From Alcanivoracaceae bacterium (GTDB lineage Bacteria > Pseudomonadota > Gammaproteobacteria > Pseudomonadales > Alcanivoracaceae): DNA of 64,000 bases. Within the stretch, counting starts at the first letter, position 1. The number at the start of each line of letters is the position of its first letter. Made by a program: the position numbers and the translations under genes. Shown in pieces: positions 1-9,470 of the stretch. The stretch is taken from the NCBI GenBank assembly GCA_029213045.1, contig JARGPN010000006.1:168123-232122 (forward strand), in the 5' to 3' direction. The notes beneath the pieces are model-generated. The model was not told the origin of the DNA and did no database searches. It was given only the letters and a program-made list of their open reading frames with translations.

Positions 1-43
1 GGCAGGCCTTGGGTTGTGGCTTGGTCGCCTTTTGTTTGAATAA

Positions 44-1359
<1,316 letters not shown>

Positions 1360-1360
<1 letters not shown>

Positions 1361-2760
1361 TGCAATATCTGCCAATCGCTTGGCGATTAGTTGGGCAGAC
1401 CGCGTTAGTGGTTGGTGGCGGTGACGTAGCGATTCGCAAAGCGCGCCTATTAGCGCGTGCTGGCGCACGGTTAAGAATTATCGCACCGGAAATCTCAGAT
1501 GACTTAAAGGCAATGGCGGAAAAGTCAGGCGGCGAAGTATTGGTGCAAGCGTATCAAGCCTCCGCGCTCGATGGCGTTTCGCTCGTAGTGGGTGCTACTG
1601 ATGACGGCGACGTGAATGCGCAGCTTCACAAGGATGCCGTTGAACGAAACATACCCGTCAATGTTGTCGATAATCCTCCACTGTGTACGTTTATTTTTCC
1701 GGCCATTGTAGATCGCGATCCCATATTGATCAGTATTAGCTCCGGCGGTGCATCGCCGGTTTTGGCGCGTTGGTTGCGTTCAAAAATTGAAACCATTTTG
1801 CCAAGTCGGCTAGGCGACCTCGCGCAAATCATGGGTGAATATCGTTCGCAGTTAGCGAAAAAGCTTCCGTCCATTGGCGCGCGTCGTCAGTTTTGGGAGG
1901 GAACACTCGAAGGTCCAGTCGCTGAGCAAGCGTTAGCGGGGCGGCTAGACGAAGCCCGGCAGCGGTTACAAAGTGCAATTGATAGCGCGGATGCGAAGAA
2001 GCTTTCAAAAGGCGAAGTTTATTTAGTGGGGGCGGGCCCCGGTGATCCAGACCTTCTCACATTCCGCGCCTTGCGCTTGCTGCAAAAAGCCGATGTTGTG
2101 TTGTACGACCGTTTAGTGTCCGACCAAGTGTTGGAAATGGCACGCCGTGATGCGGACTTGGTCTATGTCGGCAAAGCGCGTGATAAACATGCTTTGCCGC
2201 AAGATAATATTAACGACTTGTTGGTGCACTACGCGCAGCAGGGCAAGAAGGTTTGTCGTTTAAAAGGCGGCGATCCTTTTATCTTTGGTCGCGGCGGCGA
2301 AGAGATAGATAAAATTGCCGAGGCGGGCATCGATTTTCAAGTGGTGCCTGGTGTAACTGCGGCGGCAGGTTGTGCAGCCTATGCGGGTATTCCGCTGACA
2401 CACCGCGATTATGCGCAGTCCGTTCGGTTTGTCACTGGGCATCGTAAAGATGGTTCCGTCAGTTTGCCTTGGGATACCTTGGTGACACCCGGTGAGACAC
2501 TGGTTTTTTATATGGGGTTGGTCAGTCTCCCGGAAATCAGCAAGAACTTAATCGCACACGGCATGCGTGCAGATATGCCTGCTGCATTGATATCTCGTGG
2601 TACCACCAATGACCAAGAAGTGATTGTTGGGACGGTGGGGTCGTTGCCAAAAGATATTCAAAATCGTGAGGTGCATGCGCCGACGCTTATTATCGTCGGC
2701 GAGGTGGTTGGTGTATTTCCGCGTTACTCTTGGTTCCGTTCGCAGGCGGAGCAAAACTAA
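1360..2760 (+). CDS. cysG: siroheme synthase (precorrin-2 dehydrogenase/ferrochelatase plus uroporphyrinogen-III methyltransferase)
   Basis: 466 aa. It has an N-terminal Rossmann motif (VVGGGDVA) and a C-terminal SUMT domain ([28 protein letters not shown]). Confidence 0.9.
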
Positions 2761-3776
2761 AGCCGCGTTTTGTCTCGCGCCTGCCAGTATTTTAACGCCA
2801 TCTCTCGAGCCTGTTCTTGGCTTGCCATCTTTCCAGTAGCGAATAGAACGACAGCGGCGGTATCGATGACCGCTGCTTCGCCATACTCGTTTTCCTGTTC
2901 GCCTCGCCAAACCGAAATCAGTTCGGATGTTTTTGCCGTGCCTGGTGGTGTTTGACGTGCCATGCGGGCCGGCCACACAGCTTCAAACGGTGTGCTGTTG
3001 TTAAGGCCAAATATTTTAGTTTCCGCATCAGGGCGAATTTCTACTTCACCGCCTTCACCTTTGAAAATCGCGAGTTGCGGTTCTTTAAGCAGTTGCGCTG
3101 CACCTTGCTGCAACGCGATATAGGATGGATGAAATACGGATTGCAGTGATGTGGGCGCGGCTGTGGGGTTCATGCAGCGTGTTAGCGTGTTCACGGGTGA
3201 TCTGAGCCCTAGTTGAAAACGCATCATTAATAGTTCGTCCAATTTAGGGCACAGAACGTTAAGGCCAACATAAGTGAAATTGCTGCTATCCAGTTGTGCA
3301 TGCGCATCATCTAATGATGCGGCAAGTGGAACGCCTAATTGCGATAATACGTCGTCCGCATAAAGTCGTTGCGGCGTATGTGCTGCGCCGCCGTGCATAA
3401 AAATACGGTGCCCATTTTGTGCCAGCAGCAACGCAGAAAGAATGTACCAAGGATGATGTTTCTTTTTGCCGGCGTAACTAGGCCAGTCGATGTCTGCTTT
3501 CGGCAACGTCAACTGTTGTTCCGAAAACCAACCTCGGCAGGCGTCCACAAAGCCAGCTAACTCGTCTGGAGTTTCTTCTTTCACGCGCAGCAACATAAGC
3601 CACGCGCCAATTTGCGCTTCGGTAGCATGACCCGCCAAAATTAAACGGAAAGATGCGGCTGCTTCCTCGCGCGTAAAGTCCCTACGTGCACGCTTTCCTC
3701 TACCGATTGTTCGGACGAACTCAGCAAAAGGATGTTCAAGCATATCGGCATTTAGTGTCGGCGTTTGCTCTGCCAT
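2757..3776 (-). CDS. YbiB/TrpD2-like glycosyl transferase family 3 protein
   Basis: 339 aa with a TrpD-like N-terminal helical bundle ([22 protein letters not shown]). It lies downstream of tusDCB on the same strand. Its stop overlaps the cysG stop by 4 nt. Confidence 0.65.
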   Translation of the reverse strand: MAEQTPTLNADMLEHPFAEFVRTIGRGKRARRDFTREEAAASFRLILAGHATEAQIGAWLMLLRVKEETPDELAGFVDACRGWFSEQQLTLPKADIDWPSYAGKKKHHPWYILSALLLAQNGHRIFMHGGAAHTPQRLYADDVLSQLGVPLAASLDDAHAQLDSSNFTYVGLNVLCPKLDELLMMRFQLGLRSPVNTLTRCMNPTAAPTSLQSVFHPSYIALQQGAAQLLKEPQLAIFKGEGGEVEIRPDAETKIFGLNNSTPFEAVWPARMARQTPPGTAKTSELISVWRGEQENEYGEAAVIDTAAVVLFATGKMASQEQAREMALKYWQARDKTRL

Positions 3777-3827
3777 GTTGTGATCTCACTGGAGGTGTTG
3801 AGTTTATTCGCGCCATTAGAGTGCCCG

Positions 3828-4127
3828 CTATGGGTACCATGAAAGGCTTGCGGTATGCATTTCAGTTAAGGCGACCAACTGCAAATAATCTATTCGCTTA
3901 ATTGGTAACTGAGGTGTGATCTCGCCATCCCCCAATAGGAAAAGGTTAATCGGCGCAGAAGTATCGCTGAGCGCAATTAATTCTGAAAGCGGAGAGAATT
4001 TCTCTAATGATGTCGCGAAGCCTTGCGCTTGTTCTAGCAAGACCACGTCGTCTCCAGCGTCTATTCGTTTTAACGCTTCTGGAAGTATCTTTGTGTTGTC
4101 TGGAGGAAGGGCAACAAGATGCAGCAT
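3828..4127 (-). CDS. tusB: sulfurtransferase complex subunit TusB/DsrH
   Basis: 99 aa. It is the third gene of a DsrE/F/H-type triplet, with matching size and order. Confidence 0.7.
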   Translation of the reverse strand: MLHLVALPPDNTKILPEALKRIDAGDDVVLLEQAQGFATSLEKFSPLSELIALSDTSAPINLFLLGDGEITPQLPIKRIDYLQLVALTEMHTASLSWYP

Positions 4128-4134
4128 AAAGACC

Positions 4135-4461
4135 TCAAATATTCACAGCGTGCTTGGCTAATTTTGAGAGTGCTTTCAGAGCGTGGTCGGAAATTGCTCG
4201 GCAGGGAATGCGCGTATTCGTCATGTCGAGATTTGCGCCGTTCAGTGATGTGGTGTCGACATAGATGTCTGAAACACCAAAGCTGGGGAGCATGTCTAGT
4301 AAATCCTCGTCACCCTCTACCTTGTTTAATTGAGGAATCGCTGCGCCGCTAAATACCAATGATAGCGGCAGGCCAAACGCTGCGAGCATAGCGAGCATAT
4401 CCTGCTGCTCACGAGCGACATGTTCAATGCTTGGGTCTCGACAAAGGTTAATTAAAATCAT
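4135..4461 (-). CDS. tusC: sulfurtransferase complex subunit TusC/DsrF
   Basis: 108 aa. It is the middle gene of the tusDCB-like triplet. Confidence 0.7.
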   Translation of the reverse strand: MILINLCRDPSIEHVAREQQDMLAMLAAFGLPLSLVFSGAAIPQLNKVEGDEDLLDMLPSFGVSDIYVDTTSLNGANLDMTNTRIPCRAISDHALKALSKLAKHAVNI

Positions 4462-4472
4462 GCGATTCTCAT

Positions 4473-4847
4473 TTAGCCGAAGCTCAACAAACGCTGGCTT
4501 TGAGTGAGTGCGTCAGCGAATTGTCCTAGCCCTGAAACTTCGAAACCGGGCGCGATCTGTTCAAACGTCGCATCGCTGGCGCGGGATTCTGCGTCACTGA
4601 CAATGCCTCGGCGCACGGCGGCGGTAATGCATACCACTGCATCAAGTCGCTGCATTTCCACAAAAGACTGCCAGCGTCTGGTGAGAGAAGAGGGGTTGGA
4701 CGTTTTTTGCGCAAGAAGCACGCCCGACTGATAGAAGAAAAGCCGGAAGATGGAATGGCCGGTGGAGTGGAGCGCTTGTGCAAACTCTAGTGCCGTTTCT
4801 GCACTTTGGCTCTCGGGGCCACCATTGATGAGCAAGGTGTACTGCAT
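4473..4847 (-). CDS. tusD: sulfurtransferase TusD/DsrE
   Basis: 124 aa with a DsrE fold and the conserved Cys context (VVCITAAVRRG). Confidence 0.8.
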   Translation of the reverse strand: MQYTLLINGGPESQSAETALEFAQALHSTGHSIFRLFFYQSGVLLAQKTSNPSSLTRRWQSFVEMQRLDAVVCITAAVRRGIVSDAESRASDATFEQIAPGFEVSGLGQFADALTQSQRLLSFG

Positions 4848-4953
4848 GTTCGCGGGCTGGATCGTAACGTCCCCCTATGCGCATCGAATGTGAATAATTC
4901 AGCATAATAGGCGGCTAAAATTCAATTGCAAGCAACTGAATGCATCAACAAGG

Positions 4954-4981
4954 TTGACTGCGTAAAACACTCAGGTATTAT
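4954..4981 (+). promoter_or_regulatory. candidate sigma70 promoter for tRNA-Ser
   Basis: TTGACT, a 16-nt spacer, then TATTAT. It ends 13 nt upstream of the tRNA 5' end. Confidence 0.4.
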
Positions 4982-4994
4982 CCACGGCCTGATT

Positions 4995-5082
4995 GGAGGG
5001 GTGGCTGAGTGGCCGAAAGCACCGGTCTTGAAAACCGGCGACGGGCGACCGTCCGTGGGTTCAAATCCCACCCCCTCCGCCA
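4995..5082 (+). tRNA. tRNA-Ser (anticodon UGA)
   Basis: Acceptor stem GGAGGGG/CCCCTCC, anticodon loop cuUGAaa, long variable arm, T-loop GGTTCAAATCC and an encoded CCA. Confidence 0.9.
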
Positions 5083-5093
5083 TATTCAAAAAA

Positions 5094-5118
5094 AGCGCCT
5101 ACCAAGGCGCTTTTTTTG
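5094..5118 (+). terminator. rho-independent terminator after tRNA-Ser
   Basis: Stem AGCGCCT, loop acca, stem AGGCGCT, followed by a T7 run. Confidence 0.7.
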
Positions 5119-5416
5119 TTTCTGAACTCCTCATATGTCCTCTTATTCAGCCAATTGAATCTAAGCCCCGCCAAATTAAAGCGTCGCTTTGCGTTGCTTA
5201 GGCGCAACGGTTAAACAATGCCCCTAGTAAACAATGGCCTATGGCTTACACGATCTAATGCTGCCCGCGCACAGGGCTGCCGCGGTATCATATTAGTCTG
5301 GCACCCTTCAATTCAGGGGGGCCGGCGAGTATTCTGGCTCAATAGGTTGTGAAAGGGCCTGAGCACGCTAAACAGGTTGTGTGGGTGTTCAAGGACGAAG
5401 GTCTGGAGATAATAAA

Positions 5417-6079
5417 ATGATCAAGATAATGGTGGTGGATGATCATGATCTGGTGCGCACAGGCATCAGTCGCATGCTTGCCGACGTGAACGGCATTGAC
5501 GTCATCGGTGAGGCGTCGAGTGGTGAAGACGCGGTACAAATGGCACGTGAGCTAGAGCCTGATGTGGTGTTGATGGATGTTAAAATGCCGGGCATGGGCG
5601 GCTTGGAAGCGACCAAGAAAATGCTGCGTCATGATGATGGTGTGCGCGTTATCGCGGTGACTGTTTGTGAAGAAGAGCCATTTCCCTCGCGCTTATTAAA
5701 AGCGGGAGCGTGCGGCTATCTCACAAAAGGCGCCGATTTAGATGAAATGTTGCGCGCGATTAAGATTGTCCATGCCGGTCAGCGCTACATCAGCCCGCAA
5801 ATTGCTCAGGCTATGGCGTTAAAGCCGTTTAACACCGCTGAGTCTGCACCGATGGAGTTGCTCTCCGAGCGAGAGCTGCAAATAATGATGATGATTGTGA
5901 ACTGTCATAAGGTGCAGGACATTTCAGACAAGCTTTGCCTGTCTCCAAAAACGGTTAACACTTACCGTTATCGGATTTTCGATAAGCTCGGCATTACTAG
6001 CGACGTTGAAATGACGGTGTTAGCGATGCGTTGGGGCATGGTCGACGACACCGCCGGTGCGACGGCAAGCGTTGTGTGA
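5417..6079 (+). CDS. gacA: GacA/UvrY-type response regulator (REC plus LuxR-type HTH)
   Basis: MIKIMVVDDHDLVR..., receiver Asp (VLMDVKMPGMGG) and a C-terminal LuxR HTH (LSERELQIMMMI...LSPKTVNTYR). It sits immediately upstream of uvrC, as in Pseudomonas and E. coli. I prefer the ATG at 5417 over the ORF-track start at 5381. Confidence 0.85.
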   Translation: MIKIMVVDDHDLVRTGISRMLADVNGIDVIGEASSGEDAVQMARELEPDVVLMDVKMPGMGGLEATKKMLRHDDGVRVIAVTVCEEEPFPSRLLKAGACGYLTKGADLDEMLRAIKIVHAGQRYISPQIAQAMALKPFNTAESAPMELLSERELQIMMMIVNCHKVQDISDKLCLSPKTVNTYRYRIFDKLGITSDVEMTVLAMRWGMVDDTAGATASVV

Positions 6080-6104
6080 CCAGTTGTCTGCGTAAGCACG
6101 AAAA

Positions 6105-6147
6105 AGAGTATTTAAAAGGGGGCGATAAGCCCCTTTTTTAATACTCT
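6105..6147. terminator. long hairpin / bidirectional terminator after gacA
   Basis: Near-perfect inverted repeat AGAGTATTTAAAAGGGG...CCCCTTTTTTAATACTCT. Confidence 0.55.
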
Positions 6148-6270
6148 TTATTGGGGGAGGCGCATTGTTGTCGAGGTTTGCGTAGGCGTTGCGTGTATAT
6201 ATAAGGGTTATACATGTGAACGGATGCGGTAAACTCACAACGATTTTTTCGCCAGCGCTCGGAGATTTGT

Positions 6271-8115
6271 TTGAGTCAGCAGTCCTCTAGTTCTCAGTTT
6301 GATGCGTCCGCATTCTTAGCGCTATGCAGCACGCATCCTGGTGTTTACCGAATGTATAGCGCCGACGATGAGTTGCTCTACATCGGAAAAGCCCGTGATT
6401 TACGTGCTCGTTTGTCGAGTTATTTCACTACAACGGTAAGCAGTGCTAAAACGAGAGCGCTGGTGGCTCGAATTGCTCGTATCGAAACCACACTCACAGG
6501 CAGTGAGGCGGAAGCATTACTGCTAGAGCAGTCATTAATTAAGCAGCACCTTCCTCCCTATAATATTCTGCTGAGAGACGATAAATCCTATCCTTATATC
6601 CGCATTAGCACCGGTGATAAGTGGCCGCGTATAGCGTTTCATCGTGGTCAGCGTAAATCCGGTTCTCGCTATTTCGGTCCGTATCCGAGCGGTACTAGCG
6701 TCCGTGAAGCCTTGTCGATTTTAGAAAAAGTGTTTCTTTTACGAAATTGCCACGACAGCTACTTTCGAAATCGCACACGTCCGTGTTTGCAGTATGAAAT
6801 TCGTCGCTGCACAGCCCCCTGTGTCAATTTAGTTTCAGAAGAGGGGTATCGCGAGCAAGTCCGCATGGCTATCGATTTTCTGGAGGGGCGAGATCAGAAC
6901 GTTACCGATCTGCTCAGCGTGCAGATGGAGCAGGCCTCAAAAAATCTGGAGTTTGAGAAGGCCGCTGAGCTGCGGGATAGGCTCGGTGCAATACGACACA
7001 TTCAGCAGAAACAGTACGTCGACACAGATCAGGGTGATGTTGATGTTATTGCTGTCGGCATTCGACATGGTTTAACCCTTGTTGAGATGCTCATGATTCG
7101 TGGCGGGAAGGTACTCGGCCATCGAACGATTAAACCTGATGCGCGCGGCGAAGAAGATGAAAAAGAGGTTTTAGGCGCATTTTTATCTGCCTATTACCTC
7201 GGTGATCGTGCGGACCAACAGTGGCCGTCGGAAATTTTGATTGAACATGCGTTGCCGGAAGAAGAAGCGTTGCGCGAAGCAATCAGTCAACGCTTTGCGC
7301 GCAAAGTTAGGATCGCTAGCCGCGTTCGCGGGGAGCGCGCAGCCTGGTTAAGGTTAGCGAAGCAAAACCTCGAGCAAACGTTGCAAGTGCAGCTCATGGC
7401 GCGGGCCAGTTTGCAGAAGCGTTTTGATGATCTTGCCAAGCTGCTTAACGCCGAAAAGCCTATTTATCGTATCGAATGCTTTGATATTAGCCATACGCAG
7501 GGTGAAAAAGCAGTCGCGTCTTGTGTGGTATTCGGTCCTGAGGGCGCGTTAAAAAGCGACTACCGTCGTTTTAACGTGGAGCCAGAGGCTGCCGGCGATG
7601 ACGTCGCTGCCATTGAGGAGGCCGTGCGCCGTCGTTATCAGCGCGTGCAAAAGGAAAATGGACAGCTACCTGATTTGCTTTTGATTGATGGCGGCAAAGG
7701 GCAGGTGGGTCGCGCTAGTCAGGTGATGAAGGAGCTTGGCTTGCATCAGGATGTAGCCGTACTGGGCATAGCCAAAGGTCCAACGCGCAAACCTGGCTTA
7801 GAAATACTGATCGCTGCCGACGGAAAGCAATGGACACCTGAAGGCGATCACCACGGCTTGCACTTACTCCAGCAAATCAGGGATGAAGCCCATAGATTTG
7901 CCATTACAGGGCATAGAGCGCGCCGAGGAAAAGCCCGCAAACAGTCGGCGCTAGAAGAGATTCCCGGCGTTGGGGCTGCGCGGCGCAAGGCATTGCTCGG
8001 TTATTTTGGCGGGCTTGATCAGCTACGCAATGCCTCTTCCGAGCAGATCGCCCGTGTTGACGGAGTAAGTAAAAAGATGGCCGATCAAATCTATGCGTGG
8101 CTGCATGAAGGCTGA
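6271..8115 (+). CDS. uvrC: excinuclease ABC subunit C
   Basis: 614 aa with an N-terminal GIY-YIG domain (GVYRMY...LLYIGKA), a UVR domain and a C-terminal Endo V-like plus (HhH)2 region. TTG start as given in the ORF track. Confidence 0.95.
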   Translation: MSQQSSSSQFDASAFLALCSTHPGVYRMYSADDELLYIGKARDLRARLSSYFTTTVSSAKTRALVARIARIETTLTGSEAEALLLEQSLIKQHLPPYNILLRDDKSYPYIRISTGDKWPRIAFHRGQRKSGSRYFGPYPSGTSVREALSILEKVFLLRNCHDSYFRNRTRPCLQYEIRRCTAPCVNLVSEEGYREQVRMAIDFLEGRDQNVTDLLSVQMEQASKNLEFEKAAELRDRLGAIRHIQQKQYVDTDQGDVDVIAVGIRHGLTLVEMLMIRGGKVLGHRTIKPDARGEEDEKEVLGAFLSAYYLGDRADQQWPSEILIEHALPEEEALREAISQRFARKVRIASRVRGERAAWLRLAKQNLEQTLQVQLMARASLQKRFDDLAKLLNAEKPIYRIECFDISHTQGEKAVASCVVFGPEGALKSDYRRFNVEPEAAGDDVAAIEEAVRRRYQRVQKENGQLPDLLLIDGGKGQVGRASQVMKELGLHQDVAVLGIAKGPTRKPGLEILIAADGKQWTPEGDHHGLHLLQQIRDEAHRFAITGHRARRGKARKQSALEEIPGVGAARRKALLGYFGGLDQLRNASSEQIARVDGVSKKMADQIYAWLHEG

Positions 8116-8218
8116 AAGCGATTAAATTTGTTTTAATCCGCATCAGTTTCACGTTGAGGCGTGAGAAGCGCGCCTCATTTCGCTATACTTCCGCCTTTCG
8201 AGCCAGTAGTAGCATGCC

Positions 8219-8818
8219 ATGACAACTCAAAGCACGCGTTGGACGCTCCCAAACATTATGACATTGGCTCGGCTGTTATCCGTGCCTGTGTTCGTTGCGG
8301 TTTTTTATCTTCCCTACAAATGGGCCGGCCTTGCGGCTGCTATTATTTTCGTTATTGCGGGCATTACGGACGCTCTAGACGGTTACTTGGCTCGCCGCCT
8401 TGGACAAACGAGTCGCTTTGGCGCCTTCCTCGACCCTGTTGCAGACAAGCTTATTGTCGCCGCCGCGCTGGTTATGTTGGTGCAGCAGCACTCGAATATA
8501 TGGCTAACGCTGCCTTCAATTGTAATTATCTCCCGAGAAATTACAGTTTCTGCTCTGCGTGAGTGGATGGCAGAAATCGGCGCTCGTTCTCGTGTTGCCG
8601 TTAGCGGCATCGGCAAAATCAAAACGATCATGCAAATCGCGGCGATTACCGGGCTGCTGGCTAAAAGTCCCGTTATTACGGACACAGGTGACGTGTTGAT
8701 GACGCCATTTTTATGGCTGACCTATGGTTCCTTGTATGTGGCGACGGCGCTAACGTTGTGGTCAATGTTGGTGTATTTGCGCGCAGCGTGGCCTGAGCTG
8801 TGGTCCGTTAGGCGATAA
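8219..8818 (+). CDS. pgsA: CDP-diacylglycerol--glycerol-3-phosphate 3-phosphatidyltransferase
   Basis: 199 aa with the CDP-alcohol phosphatidyltransferase motif (DALDGYLARRLGQTSRFGAFLDPVADK). Confidence 0.9.
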   Translation: MTTQSTRWTLPNIMTLARLLSVPVFVAVFYLPYKWAGLAAAIIFVIAGITDALDGYLARRLGQTSRFGAFLDPVADKLIVAAALVMLVQQHSNIWLTLPSIVIISREITVSALREWMAEIGARSRVAVSGIGKIKTIMQIAAITGLLAKSPVITDTGDVLMTPFLWLTYGSLYVATALTLWSMLVYLRAAWPELWSVRR

Positions 8819-8853
8819 AGCGAGCAATCAGTTCGTCGTTGCTTGTTAACGGC

Positions 8854-8881
8854 TTGACACAAGGGGGGCTGGCGTTAGAAT
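8854..8881 (+). promoter_or_regulatory. candidate sigma70 promoter for the tRNA-Gly/Cys/Leu cluster
   Basis: TTGACA, a 16-nt spacer, then TAGAAT. It lies about 38 nt upstream of tRNA-Gly. Confidence 0.4.
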
Positions 8882-8919
8882 GCCTCTCCGCCGACACAGA
8901 ACACTGGTATCGGCGAATT

Positions 8920-8995
8920 GCGGGAATAGCTCAGTTGGTAGAGCGCAACCTTGCCAAGGTTGAGGTCGCGAGTTCGAACCTCGTTTCCCGCTCCA
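8920..8995 (+). tRNA. tRNA-Gly (anticodon GCC)
   Basis: Acceptor stem GCGGGAA/TTCCCGC, anticodon loop cuUGCCaa read as GCC, and an encoded CCA. Confidence 0.9.
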
Positions 8996-9002
8996 TATTT
9001 TA

Positions 9003-9028
9003 AACCTCGGTTTAACCGAGGTTTTTTA
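9003..9028 (+). terminator. hairpin plus T-run after tRNA-Gly
   Basis: AACCTCGG-ttta-ACCGAGGTT followed by a T6 run. Confidence 0.65.
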
Positions 9029-9115
9029 TTTAAACGTTACTACCAAGGCGTTTAGATAAAGGTTTCAGTATTTGCGTGATCTCACGCAAAAATGCAAACC
9101 GAAGAAAAGTGTTAA

Positions 9116-9189
9116 GGCGCGGTGGCAGAGTGGTTATGCAGCGGACTGCAACTCCGTAAACGCCGGTTCGATTCCGACCCGCGCCTCCA
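9116..9189 (+). tRNA. tRNA-Cys (anticodon GCA)
   Basis: Acceptor stem GGCGCGG/CCGCGCC, anticodon loop acTGCAac and an encoded CCA. Confidence 0.9.
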
Positions 9190-9208
9190 TCTTTAAAAGT
9201 CCTCTGAT

Positions 9209-9295
9209 GCCCGGATGGCGAAATTGGTAGACGCAAGGGACTTAAAATCCCTCGGTGGCAACACCGTGCCGGTTCGATTCCGGCTCCGGGCACCA
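9209..9295 (+). tRNA. tRNA-Leu (anticodon UAA)
   Basis: Acceptor stem GCCCGGA/TCCGGGC, anticodon loop cuTAAaa, long variable arm and an encoded CCA. Confidence 0.9.
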
Positions 9296-9470
9296 TTCCT
9301 AGACCGTTCGGTAACAAAAAAGCCCCTTAAATCCAGCTGCTTAGCATATATCTTTCAGGTAGTTTATTGTTCTAGCTGAGAGCGAATTCTGCTAGTCTCA
9401 TGCTTTAGTCGTAGCTCGTGCGGGCCCATCGACTGATAACAATAATTCTGCACAGGGGGCAGATGTCGCC

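Noticed and set aside
9030-9317. 95-aa minus-strand ORF.
   Set aside because: It lies entirely antisense to tRNA-Cys and tRNA-Leu, and its sequence simply mirrors the tRNA stems. It is spurious.
8820-9470. The tRNA-Gly/Cys/Leu cluster downstream of pgsA could be a genomic-island integration site, which would make the signalling/T2SS array an island.
   Set aside because: I found no integrase, no transposase, and no duplicated tRNA 3' end or direct repeat downstream. I noticed no obvious compositional break by eye. The idea stays open only as a whole-genome comparison question.
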